In this document: one piece after another, positions 19,066-27,485 of the stretch
Layout: each line of letters begins with the position of its first letter
Numbering within the stretch: position 1 is the first letter of the stretch
NCBI GenBank assembly: GCA_016234405.1
Contig: JACRCC010000002.1
Coordinates: 1-62,745, forward strand
Direction: 5' to 3'
Source: Deltaproteobacteria bacterium
Lineage (GTDB): Bacteria > Desulfobacterota > GWC2-55-46
Length of the DNA stretch: 62,745 nt
Translations under genes and position numbers: made by a program
Notes under the pieces: model-generated
Told to the model about the DNA's origin: nothing
The model's input: only the letters and a program-made list of their open reading frames with translations
The model's database searches: none

Positions 19066-19297
19066 AAAAATAAAAGATATGTCCATACATGAGGCGTCTG
19101 CTTTTTGGGATGAACATGATTTTTGCGAATTTGAGGACACGGCAGAGGTAAAAGAATTGCGGTTTTCCCTGAAAAAGAAAAAATACATAGGCGTTGACAT
19201 GGGATTATATTCCAAGATTAAAAACAAGGCTAAAAAGCTGCACAAGGACGAGGATATTTTAATCGCCGAATGGTTAAGCGAGAAGGTGAAGGTTTAA
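19052..19297 (+). CDS. brnA: BrnA/CopG-like antitoxin
   Basis: 81 aa. ...EASAFWDEHDFCEF... is the motif typical of antitoxins paired with DUF497 toxins. It overlaps brnT by 14 nt. Confidence 0.55.
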   Translation: MKQSKKIKDMSIHEASAFWDEHDFCEFEDTAEVKELRFSLKKKKYIGVDMGLYSKIKNKAKKLHKDEDILIAEWLSEKVKV

Positions 19298-19442
19298 AAA
19301 GAACCCAAGATCTCGCGCAGGGAACCCGCATAAACCCCTCCTCAAAAGCACGGCGATAACGGCGCGGACAAGGCCGCTGCCGGAAAGCGGATCTGGGCGG
19401 TTTTTTAAAAGGTTTTTTATTTGTGATTCTCACGCAATTATC

Positions 19443-19492
19443 GGGAAGCTGAGCTTCCCACGCAATCTTGTTCCCAAGTCGGAGCTTGGGAA
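19443..19492. repeat. Two adjacent hairpins related to the GTTCCCA family
   Basis: GGGAAGCtgAGCTTCCC at 19443-19459 and GTTCCCAAGtcggaGCTTGGGAAC at 19470-19492. Confidence 0.75.
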
Positions 19493-19528
19493 CGAGAGGA
19501 TTACGGTTCAAACAACGGAGGCGATTAT

Positions 19529-20551
19529 TTGAGGGCCGCATTTTACTACAACAACAAAGACGTCCGTTTGCAGGAAGTCCCTGTGCCTAAGATTAAGGAC
19601 GGCGAGGTGCTCGTCAAAATCGAGGCGAGCGGCATCTGCGGCAGCGACGTCATGGAGTGGTACAGGATTAAAAAGGCCCCGCTCGTATTGGGCCATGAGA
19701 TAGCCGGGACAATCGTCGAGACCGGGGCGGGCGTCAAGAAGTTCAAGACCGGAGACCGCGTAACCGTAGCGCACCACGTGCCCTGCAACACGTGCAGGTA
19801 TTGTCTCTCCGGTAATTTTTCGGTCTGCGACACGCTGCGGACTGCGAACTTCGACCCCGGCGGTTTTTGCGAGTTCGTGAGGGTGCCGGAGCTCAACGTT
19901 GACAGGGGCGTATTTACGCTTCCCGATGGCATGACCTTTGAGGAGGGGAGTTTTTCCGAGCCTCTTGGCTGCGTTGTGCGGGGGCTTCGCGCGTGCGGGA
20001 TGTCTCCGGGCAAGACCGTCCTCGTCATCGGCAGCGGCATGTCCGGGCTTTTGCAGATTCGCCTTGCAAAGGCCCTTGGCGCGGGCGCGATAATAGCAAC
20101 GGACGTAAACGATTTCAGGCTTACAGCCGCCAAAAAATCGGGCGCGGACATAACTATAAAAGCCGCAGAGGACGTTCCGGCCGTCATAAGGAAAAAATTG
20201 GGCAGGCTCGCGGACATTGTCGTTATCTGCGCTGCTCGGGACTCGGCCATAGGGCAAGGCTTGAAAAGCGTTGACCGGGCCGGGGTGGTGCAGTTCTTCG
20301 CGCCAAAGGGGCCGGGTGAAACTTATCCTTTGCCCATGTTCGACCTTTGGAGAGACAACATAACGCTCGTCAATTCTTATGCCTCACCGCCTGCGGATAC
20401 ACGGACGGCGCTTGACCTTATCGCGTCCAAGAGGGTTGTGGTGACTGATTTGATAACCCACAGGCTCGGCCTCGGTGAGGCGCAGTTAGGTTTTAAATTA
20501 GCCGCTGAGGCAGGGGACTCGCTTAAAATAATTATAGAGCCGCAAAGATGA
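19529..20551 (+). CDS. Zinc-dependent medium-chain alcohol/threonine/sorbitol dehydrogenase family protein
   Basis: The GHE catalytic Zn motif is GICGSDVMEW..LGHEIAG. A structural Zn Cys cluster (CNTCRYCLSGNFSVC) and a Rossmann GxGxxG motif (VIGSGMSG) are present. TTG start. Confidence 0.85.
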   Translation: MRAAFYYNNKDVRLQEVPVPKIKDGEVLVKIEASGICGSDVMEWYRIKKAPLVLGHEIAGTIVETGAGVKKFKTGDRVTVAHHVPCNTCRYCLSGNFSVCDTLRTANFDPGGFCEFVRVPELNVDRGVFTLPDGMTFEEGSFSEPLGCVVRGLRACGMSPGKTVLVIGSGMSGLLQIRLAKALGAGAIIATDVNDFRLTAAKKSGADITIKAAEDVPAVIRKKLGRLADIVVICAARDSAIGQGLKSVDRAGVVQFFAPKGPGETYPLPMFDLWRDNITLVNSYASPPADTRTALDLIASKRVVVTDLITHRLGLGEAQLGFKLAAEAGDSLKIIIEPQR

Positions 20552-20561
20552 TGGAGAAACC

Positions 20562-21422
20562 GTGAAACGAATCGGATTCGTGTTAAAGCCAGGCAATCCC
20601 GGGGCCCTCAAGTTGGCTGCGGAGCTTTCGGCGTGGATAGCCGAAAGAGGGGGCAAGGTCTACTCCGGCAAAGACGCGGAGCAGATACCCCTTTCTTCAG
20701 CCGTGCCGCAAGACAAACTGCCGGAGCATATTGACGTATTAGTTGTTCTCGGCGGCGACGGGACAATGCTGTCGGCGGCCAGGCTCCTTGACGGAAAAAA
20801 CATACCCATCCTCGGCGTGAATCTCGGGGGGCTTGGTTTTCTGACCGCAATCACGGTCAAAGAGGTAATCCCGCTCCTCGAGAGGATATTAAAGGATGAT
20901 TTCAAGACCGAAGAGAGGATGATGCTCTCGGTTGAGCTGCGGCGGGCGGATAAGACCGTCATAAGCAGTAATGTCTTAAACGACGTCATAGTGCGCGGCG
21001 GGGCTGCCCGTCTCGTGCGCCTTGAGGCGCGCATAAATAAGGAATATGTCAACACCTACAGAGCCGACGGCCTCATCGTGGCCACGCCAACCGGTTCCAC
21101 CGCGTATTCCCTGTCTGCCGCCGGGCCAATTCTCTATCCGACCATCCATTCCATAATCGTGGCGCCGATATGCCCCTTTAACCTCACGAACCGTCCTATG
21201 GTGATACCGGATTGGATGACCGTGGACGTTACCGTCTCGCCGGGACAGACCAACATCCAGCTTGTGCTTGACGGGCAGGCGGGCGTTGCCCTTGACAGCG
21301 GAGACGCGATTAAGATAAAAAGGGCGGACGCGAGCGTGTATCTCATAAAATACGAAGGCAAAAGCTACTTCGACATTTTACGGGAAAGGCTCATGTGGGA
21401 GTTGAAGGCGGATTCAAAATAG
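20562..21422 (+). CDS. nadK: NAD+ kinase
   Basis: [35 protein letters not shown]-type motif. 286 aa. GTG start. Confidence 0.92.
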   Translation: [286 protein letters not shown]

Positions 21423-21427
21423 GACAC

Positions 21428-21479
21428 CGTAGCTCAGGGCTTTAGCCCTGATAAAGTCAGGCCTGAAGGCCTGAGCTAC
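21428..21479. repeat. GTAGCTCAG double-hairpin element, copy 2
   Basis: cGTAGCTCAGGGCTTTAGCCCTGataaagTCAGGCCTGAAGGCCTGAGCTAC lies 6 nt after the nadK stop. Confidence 0.85.
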
Positions 21480-21487
21480 AAACCTCC

Positions 21488-23191
21488 ATGCTCATAGAAC
21501 TCAGCATAAAAGACTTCGCCATAATTGACTCCCTCGCCATCGGTTTTGGCCCGGGGCTTAACGTATTCACCGGAGAGACGGGCGCGGGCAAAAGCATCAT
21601 CATTGACGCCATAGCGCTCATCCTCGGAGACCGCGCCTCAAACGACCTTATAAGGACGAATAAGGAAGAGGCGCTCGTGGAGGCGCTTTTCAACGTCGCC
21701 GGAAATAAGGGCATCGAGGCCGTGCTTGGCGAGGCGGGCATATTGTTTTCTGACAACCTTGTCATAAAGAGGGTGGTTCAGAAGGCCGGCAGAAATAAGA
21801 TTTACATAAACGGGAGCCTTGCCACGCTCGTTACCCTCATGGAGGTCGGCAGGCGGCTCATTGACATCTACGGCCAGAGCGAACACCAGTCCCTCACGAG
21901 GCCCGAAGAGCACATCGAGATACTTGACTCTTTTGGCGGATTTCAAAAATTACGGGTTGAGATGTCAGATGCCTACAAACACTACGCGAATATCAAGAAA
22001 GAACTCGACGCCCTTGTCCAAAACCCCAAGACGTCCGCTGAGAGGATGACTCTCCTCAACCATCAGGTGAAGGAGATAAACGACGCCGCCTTGAGGCCGG
22101 GCCTCGACGCGGACTTGAAGCGCGAGTATGAAAGGCTCAGGAACGCCGAAAGGATAAAGGGCGCGGTGGTAAGCTCCGAGCGCGTATTATATTCCGACAA
22201 CGGCTCGGTCGTGGAGAGGGTCGGCTCCGTCGTAAAGAACTTAAAAGAGGTGTCTTCGCTTGACGACAAGCTCGCCAAGGCGGCCGCAACGCTCGAAACG
22301 AACCTTTTTCAGATGGAAGACGTCGCGCGGTTTTTGATGGATTATTCAAAGTCCATCGAGGCCGACCCTAATGAGCTTGAAAACCTCGGGGCGCGGCTCG
22401 ACCAGGTCGTTAGACTTATAAAAAAATGGGGACCTACAATTGAAGAGGTGCTTGCCAAAAAGACCGCCTTCGAGAAGGAAGTAGAGGGGTTTTCGCACGT
22501 GGAAGACAGGATAAAGGAGTTGGAGGGTGAGTGCGGCGCGGCAAAAGACAATGCCTCCGTTGTTGCCGCTAAATTGTCAGAGGCGCGCATACACGCCGCA
22601 ACCGAGTTGAAGGGCAAGTTGGAGGCCGAGTTGGCCACGCTCGGCATGAAGGGCACGGTCTTCGAGGCGCGGCTTGAGACCGACAAGAACGCCGACGGGG
22701 GGCCGCGGCCCGGAGAAAAGGGCGCGGACAGGGTGAATTTTTTCATTTCGCCCAACCCCGGCGAGGCCGTAAAACCGCTCTCCAAAATAGCCTCCGGCGG
22801 CGAGTTGTCGAGGATAATGCTCGCCATGAAGAGCGTTACGGCCCTGGGGCGGATACCGTCCCTCGTCTTCGACGAGATTGACACGGGCGTTTCGGGCGCA
22901 ATGGCGCAGGTGGTGGGGCTGAAACTCAACGCGGTATCACGCATCCATCAGGTGCTGTGCATTACGCATCTGCCGCAGATAGCCGCCTTTGCGGACAAAC
23001 ACTTCGCGGTCGCCAAGCGCCCCGGCGGGGACGGCAGGACCGTAACCGTAGTCAAGGAATTGAACCCGGCCGAAGCCGTGGACCAGATATCCGTCATGCT
23101 CGGCGGGGTAAAGGTGACGGACGTTACAAAGGAGCACGCTATGGAACTTATAGAGGCGTCAAGGGCAATGGCCGGGAAAAGAAAGAAGTAG
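21488..23191 (+). CDS. recN: DNA repair protein RecN
   Basis: N-terminal Walker A (FTGETGAGKSIIIDAI), a long coiled-coil middle, and C-terminal SGGELSRIMLA plus LVFDEIDTGVSG. The TAG stop lies inside a partial GTAGCTCAG element. Confidence 0.93.
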   Translation: MLIELSIKDFAIIDSLAIGFGPGLNVFTGETGAGKSIIIDAIALILGDRASNDLIRTNKEEALVEALFNVAGNKGIEAVLGEAGILFSDNLVIKRVVQKAGRNKIYINGSLATLVTLMEVGRRLIDIYGQSEHQSLTRPEEHIEILDSFGGFQKLRVEMSDAYKHYANIKKELDALVQNPKTSAERMTLLNHQVKEINDAALRPGLDADLKREYERLRNAERIKGAVVSSERVLYSDNGSVVERVGSVVKNLKEVSSLDDKLAKAAATLETNLFQMEDVARFLMDYSKSIEADPNELENLGARLDQVVRLIKKWGPTIEEVLAKKTAFEKEVEGFSHVEDRIKELEGECGAAKDNASVVAAKLSEARIHAATELKGKLEAELATLGMKGTVFEARLETDKNADGGPRPGEKGADRVNFFISPNPGEAVKPLSKIASGGELSRIMLAMKSVTALGRIPSLVFDEIDTGVSGAMAQVVGLKLNAVSRIHQVLCITHLPQIAAFADKHFAVAKRPGGDGRTVTVVKELNPAEAVDQISVMLGGVKVTDVTKEHAMELIEASRAMAGKRKK

Positions 23192-23250
23192 CTCAGGGCT
23201 TAGATGAGCAATTCCCCCTCCCCCTTTACGGGGGAGGGCAGGGTGGGGGC
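23188..23250. repeat. Partial GTAGCTCAG element followed by a CCCCTCCCC/GGGGAGGG hairpin
   Basis: The sequence is gtagctcagggcttag ... ccccctcccctttacgggggagggcagggtgggggcagccctg. Confidence 0.7.
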
Positions 23251-23274
23251 AGCCCTGATAAACGAGGACGATAA

Positions 23275-23775
23275 TTGGTAAGAAAAGCCGTCTTGAACGA
23301 CGTCCCTGACATATACGGTCTTGTCGAGTCTTACGCCAAAAAGGGCGTGATGCTCCACAGGTCAAGCTCCGAGATATACGACGGCATCAGGGATTTTTTC
23401 GTTTTCTTATCCCCCTCACCTCTATCCTCTCCCCCAAGGGGAGAGGAAGTTCGCCCCCAAGAGGAGTTGCTTTGCGGCGCGTGCGCCCTGCACATCTGCT
23501 CCGAGGATATGGGCGAGATACGTTCTTTGGCCGTGAAGGAAGGCTCCACGGGCAAGGGCATCGGCACGGCGCTCGTCAACGCCTGTCTTGACGAGGCCCG
23601 CGCCCTCGGCCTCAAGAAGGTCTTTGCCCTCACCTACAAGACGAATTTTTTCATAAAAAAGGGTTTTAAAGAAATCAGCAAAGACGTGCTCCCGCATAAG
23701 ATATGGGGGGAGTGCATAAGGTGCGTGAAATTTCCGAATTGCGACGAACACGCCGTTATAATCGAGATTAAATGA
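23275..23775 (+). CDS. GNAT N-acetyltransferase, short ArgA/NAGS-like, carrying a palindrome-encoded insertion of about 20 aa
   Basis: The GNAT motif A is IRSLAVKEGSTGKGIGTALV and the C-terminus is ...KIWGECIRCVKFPNCDEHAV. An insertion (LSPSPLSSPPRGEEVRPQEE) occurs where family members go directly from DFFV to the beta-strand. Confidence 0.75.
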   Translation: MVRKAVLNDVPDIYGLVESYAKKGVMLHRSSSEIYDGIRDFFVFLSPSPLSSPPRGEEVRPQEELLCGACALHICSEDMGEIRSLAVKEGSTGKGIGTALVNACLDEARALGLKKVFALTYKTNFFIKKGFKEISKDVLPHKIWGECIRCVKFPNCDEHAVIIEIK

Positions 23776-25166
23776 AAAGACATGTGTCCGTCCAGACGTC
23801 ACCCGCGCAGACGCCAATGGATTCGGATGGAATCGTGGAGCGTCTTGCCGCCCTTTTGAAGGACAGGACCGAAGGGTATGAGATATTTTTTTCCTCCGAG
23901 TCGGGCCTGAGCGTCGAGGCCAAGGACAGGGCTGTTGACTCCCTCAAGGTGAGGTCAAGCTTCGGCGTTGGGCTTCGCGCCGCAATCGGCGGCAGGCAGG
24001 GTTTTTCATTTACAAGCGCGTTGACGGATGACGCGCTCAACGGCCTCGTGGAGCGTTGCCTCGCCTCTGGACAAGAGGCCACGCCCGATGAATATGTCAG
24101 ATACGTAAATGCCGCGGCTGCGGCGACGGGGAGTGAAGCTATTCCAAAGGACATCTATGACTCTAATTTTTCCGCGATACCGGTTGAAGAGAAGATAAAA
24201 AAGGCGCTCCTCATCGAGGAGTCGGCCATGTCTTACGACGGCCGCGTCAAACGTATCCGCAAGGCCTCGTACGGCGAGACCCTTAAAAACACACGCGTTG
24301 TGAATTCAAACGGCGTTGACAGGCCTTATTGCGCCACCTTTTATACCGCCAGCGTAACTGCCGTGGCCGAGGACGCAGGGGATTCCCAGATGGGTTTCGA
24401 GGTCTCCACCTCGCATATCTTCGGGGGAATAGCCCCTGAGGAGGTCGGGGCATCGGCGGCGAGAAACGCCGTAAGGATGCTCGGGGCGCGCAAGTGGAAG
24501 ACGGTAAAATGCCCCGCGGTTTTTGAAAACTCAGTGGTGTGCGAGTTCATCGAGACCATTGCCGGGTCGTTCCTCGCGGATAACGTGCTTAAAGGCAAAT
24601 CCATGCTCCGGGATAAGCTCGGCAAAATCATTGCCTCAAACGCGGTCAGCATCTATGACGACGGAGTGATGAAGGGCGGATGGGCGACATCTGGATTCGA
24701 CGCCGAGGGTGCGCCGAGAAAGACCACGCCCCTCATCGAGGCCGGGGTCTGCTCAAACTACCTGTATGATTCTTACTGGGCGCGAAGGGCCGGGGCCGAG
24801 TCAACCGGAAATGCCGCGAGAGCGGGTTTTAAAGGCCTCCCGTCTGTCGGGGTCTCCAACATCTATCTAAAAAAAGGAGATAAGACGCTTGCAGGGCTTA
24901 TCTCGGCAGCAAGCAACGGGCTGTTCATCACGGAGTTGATGGGCGTGCACACGGTGAATACCGTAAACGGGGATTTCTCGCTCGGTGCGTCGGGCATCCT
25001 CATCGAGGGCGGAGAGTTGTCATACCCCGTCCGCGGCATGGCCGTCTCCGGGAATCTTTTAAAACTCTTTCGCAGCATCGTCGAGTGCGGCAGGGACCTG
25101 AGGTTTTACGGCTCAGTCGGCGCTCCGTCGGTCCTGGCCAACGAGGTGGAGATGAGCGGCGATTAG
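23772..25166 (+). CDS. TldD/PmbA-family metalloprotease
   Basis: The size (464 aa) fits. PmbA_TldD-type C-terminal features are present (GGFDAEG, FITELMGVHTVNTVNGDFSLGASG). There is an ATGA overlap with the GNAT gene. Confidence 0.8.
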   Translation: MKRHVSVQTSPAQTPMDSDGIVERLAALLKDRTEGYEIFFSSESGLSVEAKDRAVDSLKVRSSFGVGLRAAIGGRQGFSFTSALTDDALNGLVERCLASGQEATPDEYVRYVNAAAAATGSEAIPKDIYDSNFSAIPVEEKIKKALLIEESAMSYDGRVKRIRKASYGETLKNTRVVNSNGVDRPYCATFYTASVTAVAEDAGDSQMGFEVSTSHIFGGIAPEEVGASAARNAVRMLGARKWKTVKCPAVFENSVVCEFIETIAGSFLADNVLKGKSMLRDKLGKIIASNAVSIYDDGVMKGGWATSGFDAEGAPRKTTPLIEAGVCSNYLYDSYWARRAGAESTGNAARAGFKGLPSVGVSNIYLKKGDKTLAGLISAASNGLFITELMGVHTVNTVNGDFSLGASGILIEGGELSYPVRGMAVSGNLLKLFRSIVECGRDLRFYGSVGAPSVLANEVEMSGD

Positions 25167-25179
25167 CCCTTCTTCCTGC

Positions 25180-25293
25180 GATGCCCCCTTCCTCTTATCC
25201 CTCCCCCCTCGTGGGGGAGATGGGTAACTGATGTAAAGACGTGCGAAGGCATGTCTTTACGGGTGGGGGCGGGAGAAGGCTGGGATGAGGGGG
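25180..25293. repeat. Composite palindromic element (CCCTCCCC hairpin plus GTAAAGAC hairpin plus G-rich arm)
   Basis: The sequence is cccccttcctcttatccctcccccctcgtgggggagatgggtaactgatGTAAAGACgtgcgaaggcatGTCTTTACgggtgggggcgggagaaggctgggatgaggggg. The C-rich left arm and G-rich right arm are roughly complementary. Confidence 0.7.
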
Positions 25294-25296
25294 ATA

Positions 25297-25977
25297 ATGA
25301 CGGAAGAGAAGAAAGACACACTCAAAAAGGCGCAGGCGGTGCTCTCCAAAAACCCCATCTTCACCGGGCTTGAGGGATTTTACCTTGAGCACTTGATGGA
25401 AAAGGGTGAGGTGCGCGGATACGGGCGCGGCACGCAGTTGATCTCCGAGGGCGAGCAGGGCGACGAGGTCTTTTTCATCCTCTCCGGCAAGGCGAGAGTC
25501 ACGCTCTACGGCGAGGAGGGCAGGGAGATAGTCCTTGCCGTCCTGAGGGAAGGCGACATGTTCGGCGAGATGTCCATAGTGGACGAAAAGCCACGAAGCG
25601 CGTCCGTGGAGGCCATAGGCGCGTTGGAGTGCCTCGTCATTGGCAAGGAGGGCTTTCTCGAATATCTCTCCAGACACCACAGGGTTTATATCAGGATGTT
25701 CGCGTACATTACGGCGCGGCTGCGCGATGCCACGAGGAAGATTGGCGGGTTGGCGCTCCTCGACGTATGCGGCAGGATAGCCCACACGCTTATAGGCCTT
25801 GCCAAGCCCGGTCCAAAGGACAAGTCCGTAACGATTGAGAGGCCCACGCACGAGGAGATAGCCGCGATGATTGGGTCATCGCGTGAGGTGGTGAGCAGGG
25901 CCTTGAAGAAGATGAGCCAAGAGGGGTATATCAAGATAGAAAAGGACAAGATAGTGCTCTTTATCCACGCGGAGTGA
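25297..25977 (+). CDS. Crp/Fnr-family transcriptional regulator
   Basis: A cNMP-binding beta-roll (GDMFGEMSIVDEKPRSASVEA) and a C-terminal HTH (THEEIAAMIGSSREVVSRALKKM) are present. ATG 25297 is preferred because 25285 lies in the repeat. Confidence 0.88.
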   Translation: MTEEKKDTLKKAQAVLSKNPIFTGLEGFYLEHLMEKGEVRGYGRGTQLISEGEQGDEVFFILSGKARVTLYGEEGREIVLAVLREGDMFGEMSIVDEKPRSASVEAIGALECLVIGKEGFLEYLSRHHRVYIRMFAYITARLRDATRKIGGLALLDVCGRIAHTLIGLAKPGPKDKSVTIERPTHEEIAAMIGSSREVVSRALKKMSQEGYIKIEKDKIVLFIHAE

Positions 25978-26124
25978 CTTTCGTCACTGAAGCGTTTTTG
26001 GCGATGATATAGACTTGATGCGGAGTTAGCGGCGTGTCCGGCGGGGGATGGGGGCGGCTTTATGCCGGACAATAACGGCATTTCCGGTTATCGTTAAACC
26101 TGCGAAGGGGACGGCATTTCCCCC

Positions 26125-26153
26125 TTGACATTTTTAGGGCAACATGCTAAACA
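26125..26153 (+). promoter_or_regulatory. Putative sigma-70 promoter, CCCCTTGACA-N17-TAAACA(AT)
   Basis: TTGACA at 26125-26130, a 17-nt spacer, and TAAACA at 26148-26153. The same architecture is seen at 62509-62537. Confidence 0.4.
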
Positions 26154-26306
26154 ATTGCTACAATTAGTTCTTTAACCTCTACAAGTTCGGCTTGGGAACG
26201 GTAATGGGCGCGTATGTCGTGTCCCTGAACGGTTTTTTACAGGTTTAAAAGTTCGGTGTTTTTAGAGGGTGGTATACCCCATTGTTTGCTCAAAGGAGAC
26301 GTCATC

Positions 26307-27233
26307 TTGGACAACAAGTTTCTTACGTTTTTTATACTCAGCAACGACGCGGCCAATGCAAGGCAATTTAAGCTCAAGGTAAAGAGCCTCAAGATCGCGG
26401 GCGGGATAGGCGCGTTCTTCTTCTTGGTTCTGGCCTTTGTGGTTGTTGACTATTCGAGGATAAAGTACAACACCTCGGAACTATACAGCCTCAGAAAAGA
26501 GACCACGGCCCAGAAGGTAGAAATTCAGAACTTCGCCGGGAAGATTAGAGACCTTGAGACCCGTCTTGCGTCCCTCAATATTTTCGATAAGAAGATAAGG
26601 ATAATCGCGAACCTCGACGGTCCCAAGAACGCACCCGCGCAGGATCAGGCGATGGGACTTGGCGGCGTGGGTGGCGGGCTTTCTCCCGATGACCAGGGCT
26701 TTGCAACGCCTAAGGCGAAGGTCAACGACCTCATCGAGCGGATGAAGTCGGACATAAAGCAGCTCGAATCGCGCGCGAACCGTCAAGAGAGCAGTTTTAC
26801 GGAATTACAGGGCCAACTCGTAAACAAGGCGTCGTTTCTCGCCTCAACGCCGTCCATCTGGCCCGTGCGCGGATGGGTCACGTCCACCTTCGGCGACCGC
26901 ATCAATCCGTTTACGGGTTTCAACCAGCTCCATAACGGGATGGACATCGCAAACCGCATGGGCACGCCCATAGCGGCCACCGCCAACGGCATAGTCGTGC
27001 AGGCGGACAGGGACCCGGGGCTTGGCAAGGTAATAGGCATCTCTCACGGGTACGGGATAAAGACCGTTTACGGCCACTTATCCGAGATACACGTGCGCGT
27101 CGGGCAGAAGGTCAAGAGGGGAGATAAGATAGGCGCGATGGGCAGCACCGGAAACTCGACCGGCCCGCATCTCCATTATCAGCTCTCCGTAAACGGCGTT
27201 ACGGTTAATCCGGCCAAGTATCTTCTCAACTGA
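26307..27233 (+). CDS. M23-family metallopeptidase (EnvC/NlpD-like) with a TM anchor and coiled coil
   Basis: The LytM-domain motifs are HNGMDIA..GTPI, ISHGYGIKTVYGHL and GSTGNSTGPHLHY. TTG 26307 is preferred (AAGGAG 8 nt upstream). The ORF-track start is 26256. Confidence 0.85.
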   Translation: MDNKFLTFFILSNDAANARQFKLKVKSLKIAGGIGAFFFLVLAFVVVDYSRIKYNTSELYSLRKETTAQKVEIQNFAGKIRDLETRLASLNIFDKKIRIIANLDGPKNAPAQDQAMGLGGVGGGLSPDDQGFATPKAKVNDLIERMKSDIKQLESRANRQESSFTELQGQLVNKASFLASTPSIWPVRGWVTSTFGDRINPFTGFNQLHNGMDIANRMGTPIAATANGIVVQADRDPGLGKVIGISHGYGIKTVYGHLSEIHVRVGQKVKRGDKIGAMGSTGNSTGPHLHYQLSVNGVTVNPAKYLLN

Positions 27234-27281
27234 CGACCCGCCGAAAATAAACGGATTAAAACCTACAACCGATAAGACAGA

Positions 27282-27375
27282 CGCCCTGTGCCCAGCGGCA
27301 CTTTTCTGAACGAAGCGGGTCAATAACCGACGCGCCCTCGTAATGAAAAGCGGCGCTGGGCGCGGGGCGTTTTTG
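27282..27375 (+). terminator. Long hairpin of the CCCAGCGCC family followed by a T-run. It is probably the terminator of the M23 peptidase gene.
   Basis: The arms cgccctgtgcccagcggcacttttc (27282-27306) and gaaaagcggcgctgggcgcggggcg (27345-27369) are followed by tttttg. It is related to 49687-49771. Confidence 0.6.
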
Positions 27376-27485
27376 TTAAAACCCCGTCTGCCGCGTCCTG
27401 CGCTGGAATTGCCGTCAGGGTTATGTTAGGATGAATATCCGCTTGGCCTTCTTTGCAGGCGAAGGGATTAATAGACCGGAGAAAA

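Noticed and set aside
19230-19541. A 103-aa minus-strand ORF in the brnA-to-dehydrogenase spacer.
   Set aside because: It is composed largely of translated hairpin repeats (GTTCCCA family) and R/P-rich low complexity. It has no RBS or homology signal.
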